A stretch of 64,000 nucleotides of DNA, taken from positions 687-64,686 of the forward strand of contig JAEZDP010000064.1 of assembly GCA_023418055.1 (NCBI GenBank), written 5' to 3'. The DNA is from Acidobacteriota bacterium (GTDB lineage Bacteria; Acidobacteriota; Vicinamibacteria; Vicinamibacterales; Vicinamibacteraceae). Both the position numbers and the translations under genes were made by a program. How positions within the stretch are numbered: the stretch's first letter is position 1; each line of letters starts with the position of its first letter. Below, one piece after another: positions 55,448-64,000 of this stretch. Below the pieces are notes generated by a model that saw nothing but the letters and a program-made list of their open reading frames with translations, ran no database searches and was not told the origin of the DNA.

Positions 55448-56884
55448 GTGAGCGGCTGGAGACGCCGCATCCCTGTCACACATCCAGACGACGTCGCCAT
55501 CACGAGCCCAGGGGTCCTCGCCGGTCCCGCGGCGGCTGGCAACCTGAAGGTCATCCTAGCCAAGCGCACCTTTGCCGGTCCGGTCAGCGGCGCCGACGAG
55601 GCGCTCGTGACCTACGCCATCCACCTGCATCGGATCCGCTGCCTCCGCGCCGTGGTCCTGATGGCGCCGCCCCCGCACGACGACCCCTACCATGCTCGAC
55701 TGGTGGCGGCCGGCGTCCCCGTGCACTGGGAGACCACACGCCGGCACGACGTCTGGGCGTCGCGCGTGCTGTGGGGGGGCCTGCGACTCGGTGCGTCCAC
55801 GGCGGCCCGGTTGCCGGTGGTCTCAGGGCGAGCGACGTCGGCTGTGTACGCCGCCTGGACCGCGGCGACACGCTGGCTCGACACGGCCCGTGAGAAGCGC
55901 CTCGCGCGCTGGCTGAGGCGGAGTGGCGGCACGCTTCTCCATGTGTTCACACCCGACACCGGCGGCGTTGCGTTCATCGAACTGGGGGCGTCCATCGGGA
56001 TGCCGGTGCTCTACCACGAGATGGGCACCGCGCGATTCCTGCCCGAGCTCACACCGGCCTACGACGCGCTGCGCCGGGTGCTGCCGCTCTGCACCGAGAT
56101 CGCCGCCTTGTCGCCGACGCTCGCCCGCGAGTGGAGCGACGCACTCGGCCACACCCGTACCGTGAGCGTGGTGCCGCTGCTCATGGCGCCGCCTCCGGGC
56201 ACCCCGGTGGACCGGCCCGCCGAACGCCCGGGCGTGGTCTTCGGCTACGCGGCCCGTCTCGAGCGCGGCAAGGGGCCGCTCGTGCTGGTGGACGCGCTCG
56301 CGATGCTGCACGGCCCGGTCGAGACCACGGCGTGGATGGCCGGCACCGGCCCATCCACCGACGACGTCTGCGCTCGGGTCCGGGCACATCGCCTCGAGCC
56401 CCGGTGTGATCTGCTCGGCTACATCACGGCCGAAGAGAAGCACGCCCGCATGCTCGACCTCGACGTGTTCGTGCTGCCGACGCTGGCGGAGGGGACACCC
56501 AACAGCCTGATGGAAGCCATGGCCTACGGGCTGGCCATCATCGCCTCGGCGGTTGGAGGCATCCCCGACATGCTCGGCAACGACGCGGCCCTGCTCGTCC
56601 CTCCGGGCGACGTCGGGGCGCTCGCGGCTGCCATGCAGCGGCTGGCGGACGACCCCTCGCTGCGAGGCCAACTCGGCCGTGCGGCACGCGCGCGGTACGA
56701 GACCCTCTTTGCCCCCGAGGCCGTCATCCCCCTGCTCATCGAGACATACGTGCGCACCGCGGCGCAGGCTCGACCGGTGCTGCCCACGCAGGAGACGCCC
56801 GCCGGCGCACACCCCTGGAGCCTGGATGCTGCAGGCGACGGCGTCGCCACATCGGGCATCCGTCCTCGAGCCGCGGTATCGTAG
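55448..56884 (+). CDS. Glycosyltransferase family 4 (GT-B)
   Basis: Frame of track ORF 55379..56884, with candidate starts at GTG 55379 or 55448. The N-terminal domain has KVILAKRTFAGPVSGADE. The C-terminal domain has the GT1/GT4 pattern VLPTLAEGTPNSLMEAMAYGLAIIASAVGGIPDML. Confidence 0.8.
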   Translation: MSGWRRRIPVTHPDDVAITSPGVLAGPAAAGNLKVILAKRTFAGPVSGADEALVTYAIHLHRIRCLRAVVLMAPPPHDDPYHARLVAAGVPVHWETTRRHDVWASRVLWGGLRLGASTAARLPVVSGRATSAVYAAWTAATRWLDTAREKRLARWLRRSGGTLLHVFTPDTGGVAFIELGASIGMPVLYHEMGTARFLPELTPAYDALRRVLPLCTEIAALSPTLAREWSDALGHTRTVSVVPLLMAPPPGTPVDRPAERPGVVFGYAARLERGKGPLVLVDALAMLHGPVETTAWMAGTGPSTDDVCARVRAHRLEPRCDLLGYITAEEKHARMLDLDVFVLPTLAEGTPNSLMEAMAYGLAIIASAVGGIPDMLGNDAALLVPPGDVGALAAAMQRLADDPSLRGQLGRAARARYETLFAPEAVIPLLIETYVRTAAQARPVLPTQETPAGAHPWSLDAAGDGVATSGIRPRAAVS

Positions 56885-56890
56885 GGCCGC

Positions 56891-57880
56891 ATGGAGTTGC
56901 AGGGAGCACGCACCCTCGTGACGGGCGCAGGAGGATTCATCGGCAGCCACCTCACCGAGGCGCTGGTGCGGGCGGGCGCGACGGTCACGGCCTTTGTCCG
57001 CTACGGCTCGGACGGCCTCGACGGCCATCTGCGGATGCTGGCGCCGGACGTCCGGCAGCACGTGCGGCTGGTGGCCGGCGACCTGCGCGATGCCGGCAGC
57101 ATCCGGCGCGCCATGGCGGGACAGCAGGTCGTGGTCCACCTCGGGGCGCGCATCGCGATCCCCTACTCGTACCAGGACCCCGTCAACGTCACCGAGACCA
57201 ATGTCCTCGGTACGCTGCACACCCTCGATGCGGCCCGTGAGGTCGGCGTCGCGCGGTTCGTGCACACCTCCACCAGCGAGGTGTATGGCACCGCCCAGCG
57301 CGTGCCCATCGACGAAAGCCATCCGCTCGTGCCGCAGTCGCCGTACGCGGCGAGCAAGGTCGGGGCGGATGCCCTGGCCCTGTCCTACGAGCGGTCGTTC
57401 GGCCTGCCGGTGTCGATCGTCCGGCCGTTCAACTGCTACGGCCCCAGGCAGTCTGGCCGCGCGGTCATTCCGGCGCTCGGCAACCAGGCGCTTCAGCGCG
57501 ACGAAGTGCGCGTCGGGTCGCTCACCCCTACGCGCGATTTCACCTACGTCACCGACACCGTCGACGGCTTTCTGGCCGTGGCCGCCAGCGACGCGGCGGT
57601 GGGGCGCACGGTCAACCTGGCCAGCGGCCGCGAGATCAGCATCGGCGACCTGGCGGCGCGGCTGCTGAGGCTCGTGGGACGCGATCTGCCCATCGTCGCC
57701 GACGACAGCCGGCTCCGGCCGAAGGAGAGCGAAGTGCATCGCCTGCTCGGCGACAGCACGTTGGCCGCGCAACTGACGGGGTGGGCGCCGCAGGTGACGC
57801 TCGATGCCGGTCTGGGGCAGGTGCTGGACTTTCTGCGCGCGCATCCCGACTGGACGCGTCCCGATCGCTACGAGGTCTGA
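56891..57880 (+). CDS. NAD-dependent NDP-sugar 4,6-dehydratase/epimerase (extended SDR)
   Basis: 329 aa with VTGAGGFIGSHL and the catalytic YAASK. The length and C-terminus are typical of extended SDRs. Confidence 0.9.
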   Translation: MELQGARTLVTGAGGFIGSHLTEALVRAGATVTAFVRYGSDGLDGHLRMLAPDVRQHVRLVAGDLRDAGSIRRAMAGQQVVVHLGARIAIPYSYQDPVNVTETNVLGTLHTLDAAREVGVARFVHTSTSEVYGTAQRVPIDESHPLVPQSPYAASKVGADALALSYERSFGLPVSIVRPFNCYGPRQSGRAVIPALGNQALQRDEVRVGSLTPTRDFTYVTDTVDGFLAVAASDAAVGRTVNLASGREISIGDLAARLLRLVGRDLPIVADDSRLRPKESEVHRLLGDSTLAAQLTGWAPQVTLDAGLGQVLDFLRAHPDWTRPDRYEV

Positions 57881-57884
57881 ACCG

Positions 57885-58634
57885 ATGCGTGCCGTCATCC
57901 TCGCGGGCGGAAAGGGCCACCGCCTGCGCCCCTACACCGCCGTGCTGCCCAAGCCGCTCGTCCCGCTCGGCGATCGGCCCATCCTCGAGATCGTCATCGC
58001 GCAGTTGCGGCAGGCCGGAGTGACGAGGCTGACGCTGGCGGTCGGCCATCTGGCGGGTCTCATCCAGGCATACTTCGGCGACGGCCAGCGCTTCGGCGTC
58101 GAGATCGACTACGGCATCGAGACCACGCCACTGGGTACCGCCGGGCCGCTCGCGATGCTGGACGGCGTCGAGGACGACTTCCTGGTGATGAACGGCGACG
58201 TCCTCTGCGACCTCGACTTCGGCGCCTTCGTGCGCGCGCATCGTGAGGGTGGCGGCATCGCAACGATTGCCACCTACCAGAAGTCGGTCGACATCACCCT
58301 CGGGGTCCTCACCGTCGACGAGCGCGGCGACGTCCAGGCCTACGACGAGAAGCCGTCACGGCATTACCTCGTGTCGACGGGCATCTACTGCTTCAGGCCC
58401 GACGTGATTGGCCATCTGCATCGGGGGGAGCCGTGCGACCTGCCTGTCCTCGTACGGCGCCTGATCGGCCGTGGCGAACGGGTGGCGACACATCTCTTCA
58501 GCGGATACTGGCTGGACATCGGCCGTCCCGAAGACTACGAAGCTGCCATCGACGCCTTTACGAGCCAACGCGTCTCGGTGCCCGTGCCGCTCGGCAGCGA
58601 GGTGCCTAAAGAAGCAGGCGTCAGTGACGGGTAA
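57885..58634 (+). CDS. Sugar-1-phosphate nucleotidyltransferase
   Basis: 249 aa from ATG 57885. MRAVILAGGKGHRLRPYTAVLPKPLVPL is the G-x-G-x-R-L signature, and a GYWLDIGRPEDY motif is present. Confidence 0.9.
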   Translation: MRAVILAGGKGHRLRPYTAVLPKPLVPLGDRPILEIVIAQLRQAGVTRLTLAVGHLAGLIQAYFGDGQRFGVEIDYGIETTPLGTAGPLAMLDGVEDDFLVMNGDVLCDLDFGAFVRAHREGGGIATIATYQKSVDITLGVLTVDERGDVQAYDEKPSRHYLVSTGIYCFRPDVIGHLHRGEPCDLPVLVRRLIGRGERVATHLFSGYWLDIGRPEDYEAAIDAFTSQRVSVPVPLGSEVPKEAGVSDG

Positions 58635-59601
58635 GCCGGACACGACGGATGCGGCCGTCGTGGTGACCGGTGCCAACGGGTTTCTCGGCCGCCACGTCTG
58701 TCGTGCCGCGCTGCGGCGTGGCCTCGCGGTGTCGGCGGTCGTGCGCGGCCAGGCACAAGCGCCGGCCGGTACGCGCCGTGTTTCGCTCGACGGTCAGACG
58801 TCGGCCGAACGGCTGCACGAGATGCTCGCGCACGCCACTCCCGAGGTCGTGTACCACCTGGCCGGCACCGTGGACACCAGAGACCCTGGCCGGCTCTACG
58901 CCGCCAACGTGTGCTACGCGGTGGCGTTGCTCGAGGCGGCGGCCCGGGTGGGCCGCGCCCGTGAACACGCGCCCGTGGTGGTGCTCGTCGGCTCGGCGGC
59001 CGAGTACGGCGTACCCACAGACCCTGACGGTCTCGTGCGGGAGGGCGACCCGTGCCGACCGGTGTCCGCCTACGGCATCTCGAAGCTCGCGCAGACATTG
59101 CACGGGCTTGCCGCCGCGGATAGCGGCCTGCCGGTCGTCATCGCACGGGTGTTCAATCCCATCGGCGCCGACAGCCCGCCGTCGAGCGCGGTCGGGCGCT
59201 TTGCACACGCCGTCGCGTCACTACCGCCATCCGGGGGGACCGTAACAATGGGGCCGTTGCACGCGACGCGCGACTTCACCGAGGTGGAGGCCACCGCGGA
59301 CGCGCTCGTCGCGCTCGGTCTCACCCCGCAGGCTCGCGGCCGCGTCGTCAACGTCTGCTCGGGCGAAGGGCGACGACTCGACGACGTCGTGGCGCGCATC
59401 CAGGCACACGCCGCGGCCCCTTGCCAGGTGGCCATCGATGCGTCGCGCGGCGGCACCAGTACGCTCGATGTCGTGGTCGGCGATACGGGCCGGCTTCGAT
59501 CGATGGGCATCACGCTGCGCCCGGCCGACCTCGACGCCATCGCGCCCGCGCTGCTGGCCCACCATCGGGCGGACGCCGTGCATCAAGGCCGCGAGCCATG
59601 A
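58624..59601 (+). CDS. NAD-dependent epimerase/dehydratase-family protein (extended SDR, reductase/epimerase-like)
   Basis: GTG 58624 overlaps the previous gene by 11 nt. It has VVTGANGFLGRHV and YGISK. Confidence 0.85.
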   Translation: MTGKPDTTDAAVVVTGANGFLGRHVCRAALRRGLAVSAVVRGQAQAPAGTRRVSLDGQTSAERLHEMLAHATPEVVYHLAGTVDTRDPGRLYAANVCYAVALLEAAARVGRAREHAPVVVLVGSAAEYGVPTDPDGLVREGDPCRPVSAYGISKLAQTLHGLAAADSGLPVVIARVFNPIGADSPPSSAVGRFAHAVASLPPSGGTVTMGPLHATRDFTEVEATADALVALGLTPQARGRVVNVCSGEGRRLDDVVARIQAHAAAPCQVAIDASRGGTSTLDVVVGDTGRLRSMGITLRPADLDAIAPALLAHHRADAVHQGREP

Positions 59602-60569
59602 CCCAGACGCCAGTGGTTACGATCGTCACGCCCACGTACGACCGAGCCGCGCTGCTGCCAGACACGATCGCCAGCATCCTGTCGCAGACCTACCGCCACT
59701 TCGAGTACCTCGTGGTCGACGACGGCTCGACCGACGAGACCGCTGACGTCGTACGGCGTTTCGCCGACCCCCGACTCACGTACGCGCGTCACGACAACAT
59801 GGGCGAGTCGGCGACGGTCAACGTCGGATGGGCGCGGGCCCGCGGCCGCTACTTCGCGGTGGTCTCGTCGGATGACCCGATGCTGCCGGCCTGGCTGGAG
59901 CGGTCGGTGGCGTTTCTCGACAGCCATCCCGACGCCATCGTCAGTTACCCCGACTGGCACGTCATCGACGAGCACGGGCAGGTGACGCGCACCATCACGA
60001 CCTACGAGTATGCGGCCGAGCGGCTGGTGGGATGGCTGCACACCATACCGGGTCCCGGCGCCTTGATCAGGCGAGAGAGGCTGCGCGACGTTCAACGCCT
60101 GCGCAACCCGCGCTATCGCTACGCCTCCGACCTCGACACGTGGTTGATGCTGGCGCCGCGCGGCCCGTTTGCGCGTATTCCGGAAGTGCTGGCGCAGTGG
60201 CGGGCCCATCCGACCTCGTTGACGCTGGAGCCGGGTTCGCATGCACGCGCCCAGGAGTTCCTCGACATCGCCAGAGCCTTTCACGAGCGCCCCGACGTGC
60301 CCGACGCCCTGCGGGCGCTGCGGCCGTTCACGATGAGCCGCGCGTACTGGTACGCGTCGTGGTCCATCATGGCGGCGGACGCGACCCAAGCAGACGCCTG
60401 GCTCCGCACGTCGTATGCGGTGAGCCGCCACGACCCGCCCGGCCTGCCGAGGGAACTGCAGCGGGCGTTGCTGCCGCTGCCGTCGCAGCCGCTCCGGTGG
60501 GGAGCACGTCTCGCTCGGGGCCTCTATGCGCGTGCCGCCAGGCTTCTGCACGGGCGGCCGCGCACGTGA
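59598..60569 (+). CDS. Glycosyltransferase family 2
   Basis: ATG 59598 overlaps the upstream stop (ATGA). It has VTIVTPTYDRA, VVDDGSTDET and the DxD-type VVSSDDP. Confidence 0.9.
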   Translation: MTQTPVVTIVTPTYDRAALLPDTIASILSQTYRHFEYLVVDDGSTDETADVVRRFADPRLTYARHDNMGESATVNVGWARARGRYFAVVSSDDPMLPAWLERSVAFLDSHPDAIVSYPDWHVIDEHGQVTRTITTYEYAAERLVGWLHTIPGPGALIRRERLRDVQRLRNPRYRYASDLDTWLMLAPRGPFARIPEVLAQWRAHPTSLTLEPGSHARAQEFLDIARAFHERPDVPDALRALRPFTMSRAYWYASWSIMAADATQADAWLRTSYAVSRHDPPGLPRELQRALLPLPSQPLRWGARLARGLYARAARLLHGRPRT

Positions 60570-61057
60570 CGTCGATGCACGACCGGTTGCACGAGAGCGG
60601 AGCGCCAGGGGGTCCGTCCCTGATCGTCGACGTCCGCGAAACCGCGGCCGTTCGCGGCTTTCACGCGCTCGCGGCGGCACGGCTCGTCCTCGACGCGATG
60701 CCCGCCACGCCCGTGGTCGTGCTCACGAACGGCACCGCCGACGAGCGTCTCGCGCTCCAGGTGCTCACGTACGACATCGGCCGACCCATCGCCGAGTGGT
60801 CCCCAGCCACGGCGATTGCCGCGTACCTGCCGCTGCCGGCGCGGCGGCGGCAGGGCTTCGCCGTGGGCCTGGCGGTGCTCGCTGGAGACCGCACGGGGTG
60901 GAGGGGGCGTCTGCTGCGGCGTGTGGCCGCGGTCACGGTCGTCGGATGGATGGGGCACGCGACACGCCCGTCACGCGCCACTGTCGTGGACGGGCACGAC
61001 ACGCGTGCCGTGGCCGATGCCGTGGTCGCGGCCCGTCGCCGCGCGGGGCCGTCGTGA
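60566..61057 (+). CDS. Hypothetical protein (163 aa), translationally coupled on both sides
   Basis: GTG 60566 overlaps the GT2 stop (GTGA), and its own stop overlaps the next GTG (GTGA). I recognise no motif. It is supported mainly by this double coupling and by filling an otherwise 0.5-kb gap in a tight operon. Confidence 0.45.
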   Translation: MTSMHDRLHESGAPGGPSLIVDVRETAAVRGFHALAAARLVLDAMPATPVVVLTNGTADERLALQVLTYDIGRPIAEWSPATAIAAYLPLPARRRQGFAVGLAVLAGDRTGWRGRLLRRVAAVTVVGWMGHATRPSRATVVDGHDTRAVADAVVAARRRAGPS

Positions 61058-62259
61058 GTGCGCCTGCCGCACGTCGCGTGCTGCTCGTCGGCATGCACAA
61101 CAGCCCGCACCTGCACAGTTGGATGCGCACCATCGCGCGCGCCGACGCAGCCGTCGTGGTGCACCCGGTGCTGGCCCTGAGCGTGGCGGTGCCCCCCGGC
61201 GTCGTGCAACTGCGCAGAGCCCAACTGACGCGTGACCTCGCGCCTGGCCTGTACGTGCTGCACGAGGCCGACGTACGGACGCCTGCCGACGTCGCCGAGG
61301 ACGGGCGCCACGGCTACGTGCCGTTCACGCATGCGTTCATTCCGCCGCACGTGATGGCGACGGCCTCGGGCATCGTGGCGTCGGTGCGTGCCTTTGCGCC
61401 GCACGTCCTGCATGCGCTCGAGACACAGACGGCGGGGTACACCTGCCTCGAGGTGACGCGGCGGCTCGGGTCGGTGTGTCCGCCCTGGATGTTGAGCAGC
61501 TGGGGCAGCGACTTGAGCCTGTACCGGAAGGTGCCCTCGCATCGGCAGCGCCTTGAAGCCGTGTGTTCGCGAGTGGACCTGTACATGCCGGACTGTGCCC
61601 GCGACCATCCCACGGCGCAGGCCATGGGCTATCGCGGCCCCCGCCTGCCGCCGCTCCCGGCCTCGGGGGGCGTGGACGTCGAGGCCTATGCCCGTCGTGC
61701 GACCGAGCCGCCATCCCTCCGCCGCCAGATCGTCGTCAAGGGCTATCAGAACTGGGCGGGGCGCGCGTACCTCGCACTTTCGGCACTCGTGCTGGCGCGG
61801 GATGCCCTGCGTGACTACACCATCGTCATGCCCGAGCTGACGGTGGGCGCGGGACGGCCCGCACGCCACATGCTGCGCGACAGCGGGCTGACCCTGCACA
61901 CGCCCGCGCGTCGGCGCGATCACGGCCACGCGCTCGACCGGCTGGCTTCGGCGCGTGTCGTGTTGTCCATCAGCATGTCCGACGGCATTCCCATGACCAC
62001 CCTCGAAGCGATGGCCACCGGCGCGCTGCCCATCCAGTCCACGACGGCGTGCGCCGACGAGTGGCTGCGCGACGGGGAGACCGGGCTGCTCGTGAGCCCG
62101 CACGACACCGCCGCCATCCGCGACGCTGTCGTCCGCGCGGTGACAGACGATGCGCTGGTGGACGAGGCCGCGCAGCGGAACCTCGACGAAGTGCGTCGCC
62201 GCTGGGACATCGTGACCAACGGGCGCCAGGCGTGGGAGGCCTACGACCGTGCCTGCTGA
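61054..62259 (+). CDS. GT-B fold glycosyltransferase (GT1/GT4-like C-terminal domain, atypical N-terminal half)
   Basis: 401 aa from GTG 61054. The C-terminal VVLSISMSDGIPMTTLEAMATGALPIQSTTACADEWLRDGETGLLV matches the E-x7-E sugar-donor-binding region. Confidence 0.75.
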   Translation: MSAPAARRVLLVGMHNSPHLHSWMRTIARADAAVVVHPVLALSVAVPPGVVQLRRAQLTRDLAPGLYVLHEADVRTPADVAEDGRHGYVPFTHAFIPPHVMATASGIVASVRAFAPHVLHALETQTAGYTCLEVTRRLGSVCPPWMLSSWGSDLSLYRKVPSHRQRLEAVCSRVDLYMPDCARDHPTAQAMGYRGPRLPPLPASGGVDVEAYARRATEPPSLRRQIVVKGYQNWAGRAYLALSALVLARDALRDYTIVMPELTVGAGRPARHMLRDSGLTLHTPARRRDHGHALDRLASARVVLSISMSDGIPMTTLEAMATGALPIQSTTACADEWLRDGETGLLVSPHDTAAIRDAVVRAVTDDALVDEAAQRNLDEVRRRWDIVTNGRQAWEAYDRAC

Positions 62260-63364
62260 GGCGGGCCCTGGCGCTGGCGTCGTCGAGGCTGCGCCGCCGG
62301 CGCGACCGTTCCATGCCGGCCTCCAGGCCGTGCGGGGGCTCGCGGCGCTCCTCGTGTTCCTGCAGCACACGTTCGCCTTTGCCAACGTCGCGGTCGAAGG
62401 CCCGCTCGACGCCGTCAACAGGCTGAACCTCGGCGGCGTGGGCATCTACCTGTTCTTCGCGCTCTCGGCGTTTCTGATGCTCGAGCGCTCCCAGGACCCG
62501 CCGGGACGTTTCATCGTCGACCGGCTGCGGCGCATCTATCCGACGTTGTGGCTGTCGCTGCTCGTGGTCGCGCCCATCACCAGGTACATCAACGGCGTCT
62601 ACGGCGTGCGATGGACCACGGTGCTGCTCGTACCGACGCCGGTCCCGGCGCACGTCACCGTGCCGTTCTGGTCGCTCTCCTTCGAGATGGCGTTGTATCT
62701 CCTGGTGTGGCTGGCAATGCTGGTGCATGCGCGCCTCGTGGCGCCGGTCGTCCTGGCGTGGTGCGCCGTCGGGATGGTCTTCCATCCGCTGCCGTACGAC
62801 CCGATCGGGCACGCGATCTTCCCCGAGACGCTGCCGTTCTTCGTGACGGTGTTCGGCTACTTCTTCGCGGCCGGCATCCTGGCCAGGATGGTGCATCGGC
62901 CCCGGCCGTGGGTGGTGTGGCCATCGCTTGCCGCCGCGGTGCTGCTCTATCTGGCCAATCAGTCAGGCGCGTTCTACGGCTGGCTGGCCGTCGTCCTGCC
63001 TGCGGAGAGCCTGCCACGCGCAAGTTTCGCCACCGCCGCCCTCATGACGTTCTGCGTGATCGTCGGCGCGGCGTCGTGGACGCCGAGGGCGTGGCCGGCC
63101 CGACTGCTGGTCCGGCTGGGCGACGTCTCGTACGGCGTGTACCTGTTCCACATGGGCATGATGCTGCCCGTCGCCGTGCTGCTGAAGGCGATCGGCCTGA
63201 CTTCGTCTTACTGGGTGGCCGCAGCCATCATCGCGGCAGTGGCGCTGCCGCTGTCGGCGGCCTTCGGTGTGCTGGACCTGCGCCTGCAGGTGCGGTTGAA
63301 GGCGTGGACGCGCGGGAGATCCTCGGCGGCGATCGTGCGCCGCGCCCCGCGCCTGGCCAACTGA
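62249..63364 (+). CDS. Acyltransferase family 3 (membrane O-acyltransferase)
   Basis: 371 aa with a GTG start and about 10 TM helices. LQAVRGLAALLVFLQH and GVGIYLFFALSAFLM are family-typical. Confidence 0.85.
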   Translation: MPAEAGPGAGVVEAAPPARPFHAGLQAVRGLAALLVFLQHTFAFANVAVEGPLDAVNRLNLGGVGIYLFFALSAFLMLERSQDPPGRFIVDRLRRIYPTLWLSLLVVAPITRYINGVYGVRWTTVLLVPTPVPAHVTVPFWSLSFEMALYLLVWLAMLVHARLVAPVVLAWCAVGMVFHPLPYDPIGHAIFPETLPFFVTVFGYFFAAGILARMVHRPRPWVVWPSLAAAVLLYLANQSGAFYGWLAVVLPAESLPRASFATAALMTFCVIVGAASWTPRAWPARLLVRLGDVSYGVYLFHMGMMLPVAVLLKAIGLTSSYWVAAAIIAAVALPLSAAFGVLDLRLQVRLKAWTRGRSSAAIVRRAPRLAN

Positions 63365-63384
63365 GGCCGGTCGCCGATCCGCGT

Positions 63385-64000
<616 letters not shown>

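Overview
This is a very GC-rich (not computed; by eye about two-thirds to 70% G+C), gene-dense chromosomal segment. It holds about 55 protein-coding genes on both strands, many joined by 1-4 nt start/stop overlaps (ATGA, GTGA, TGATG). I found no rRNA, tRNA, CRISPR, transposase, integrase or phage genes. The gene content suggests an Acidobacteriota-like soil bacterium (inference only): PadR plus an ADOP-type duplicated FtsX permease, a PEP-CTERM protein, PSCyt/PSD1 (DUF1549/DUF1553) plus DUF1501 genes, DUF1080 proteins, several twin-arginine (TAT) exported enzymes and a TPR Ser/Thr kinase. In order, the blocks are: blaI-blaR1; a secreted ceramidase-like enzyme plus a TAT-signal DegT aminotransferase; a small His-His protein with a 4-TM partner; a kinase; a two-subunit Mo-hydroxylase; DUF1499 plus an SSS symporter; MgtE; DUF1080, M28, Gfo/Idh/MocA and TIM-barrel periplasmic enzymes; PadR/ADOP (disrupted); a ~10-kb operon with two tandem PSD1 giants, DUF1501 and a membrane CxxCH-LRR protein; a five-gene Mo/4Fe-4S/Rieske/NarI-like operon divergent from narK and a 12-TM His-motif protein; an ABC/HlyD/TolC triad whose ATPase motifs are all degenerate; ArsR; CHRD-PEP-CTERM; a sulfatase; and a polysaccharide synthesis/export cluster. 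The best candidates for undescribed biology are the hybrid Nas-type/NarI/Rieske oxidoreductase operon, the duplicated PSD1-DUF1501-cytochrome/LRR operon, the pseudo-ATPase secretion triad, and a family of orientation-consistent intergenic heptamer arrays. All family calls come from reading the translations and recalling motifs; no searches were run. Most long antisense ORFs in the supplied track are GC-driven shadow frames.
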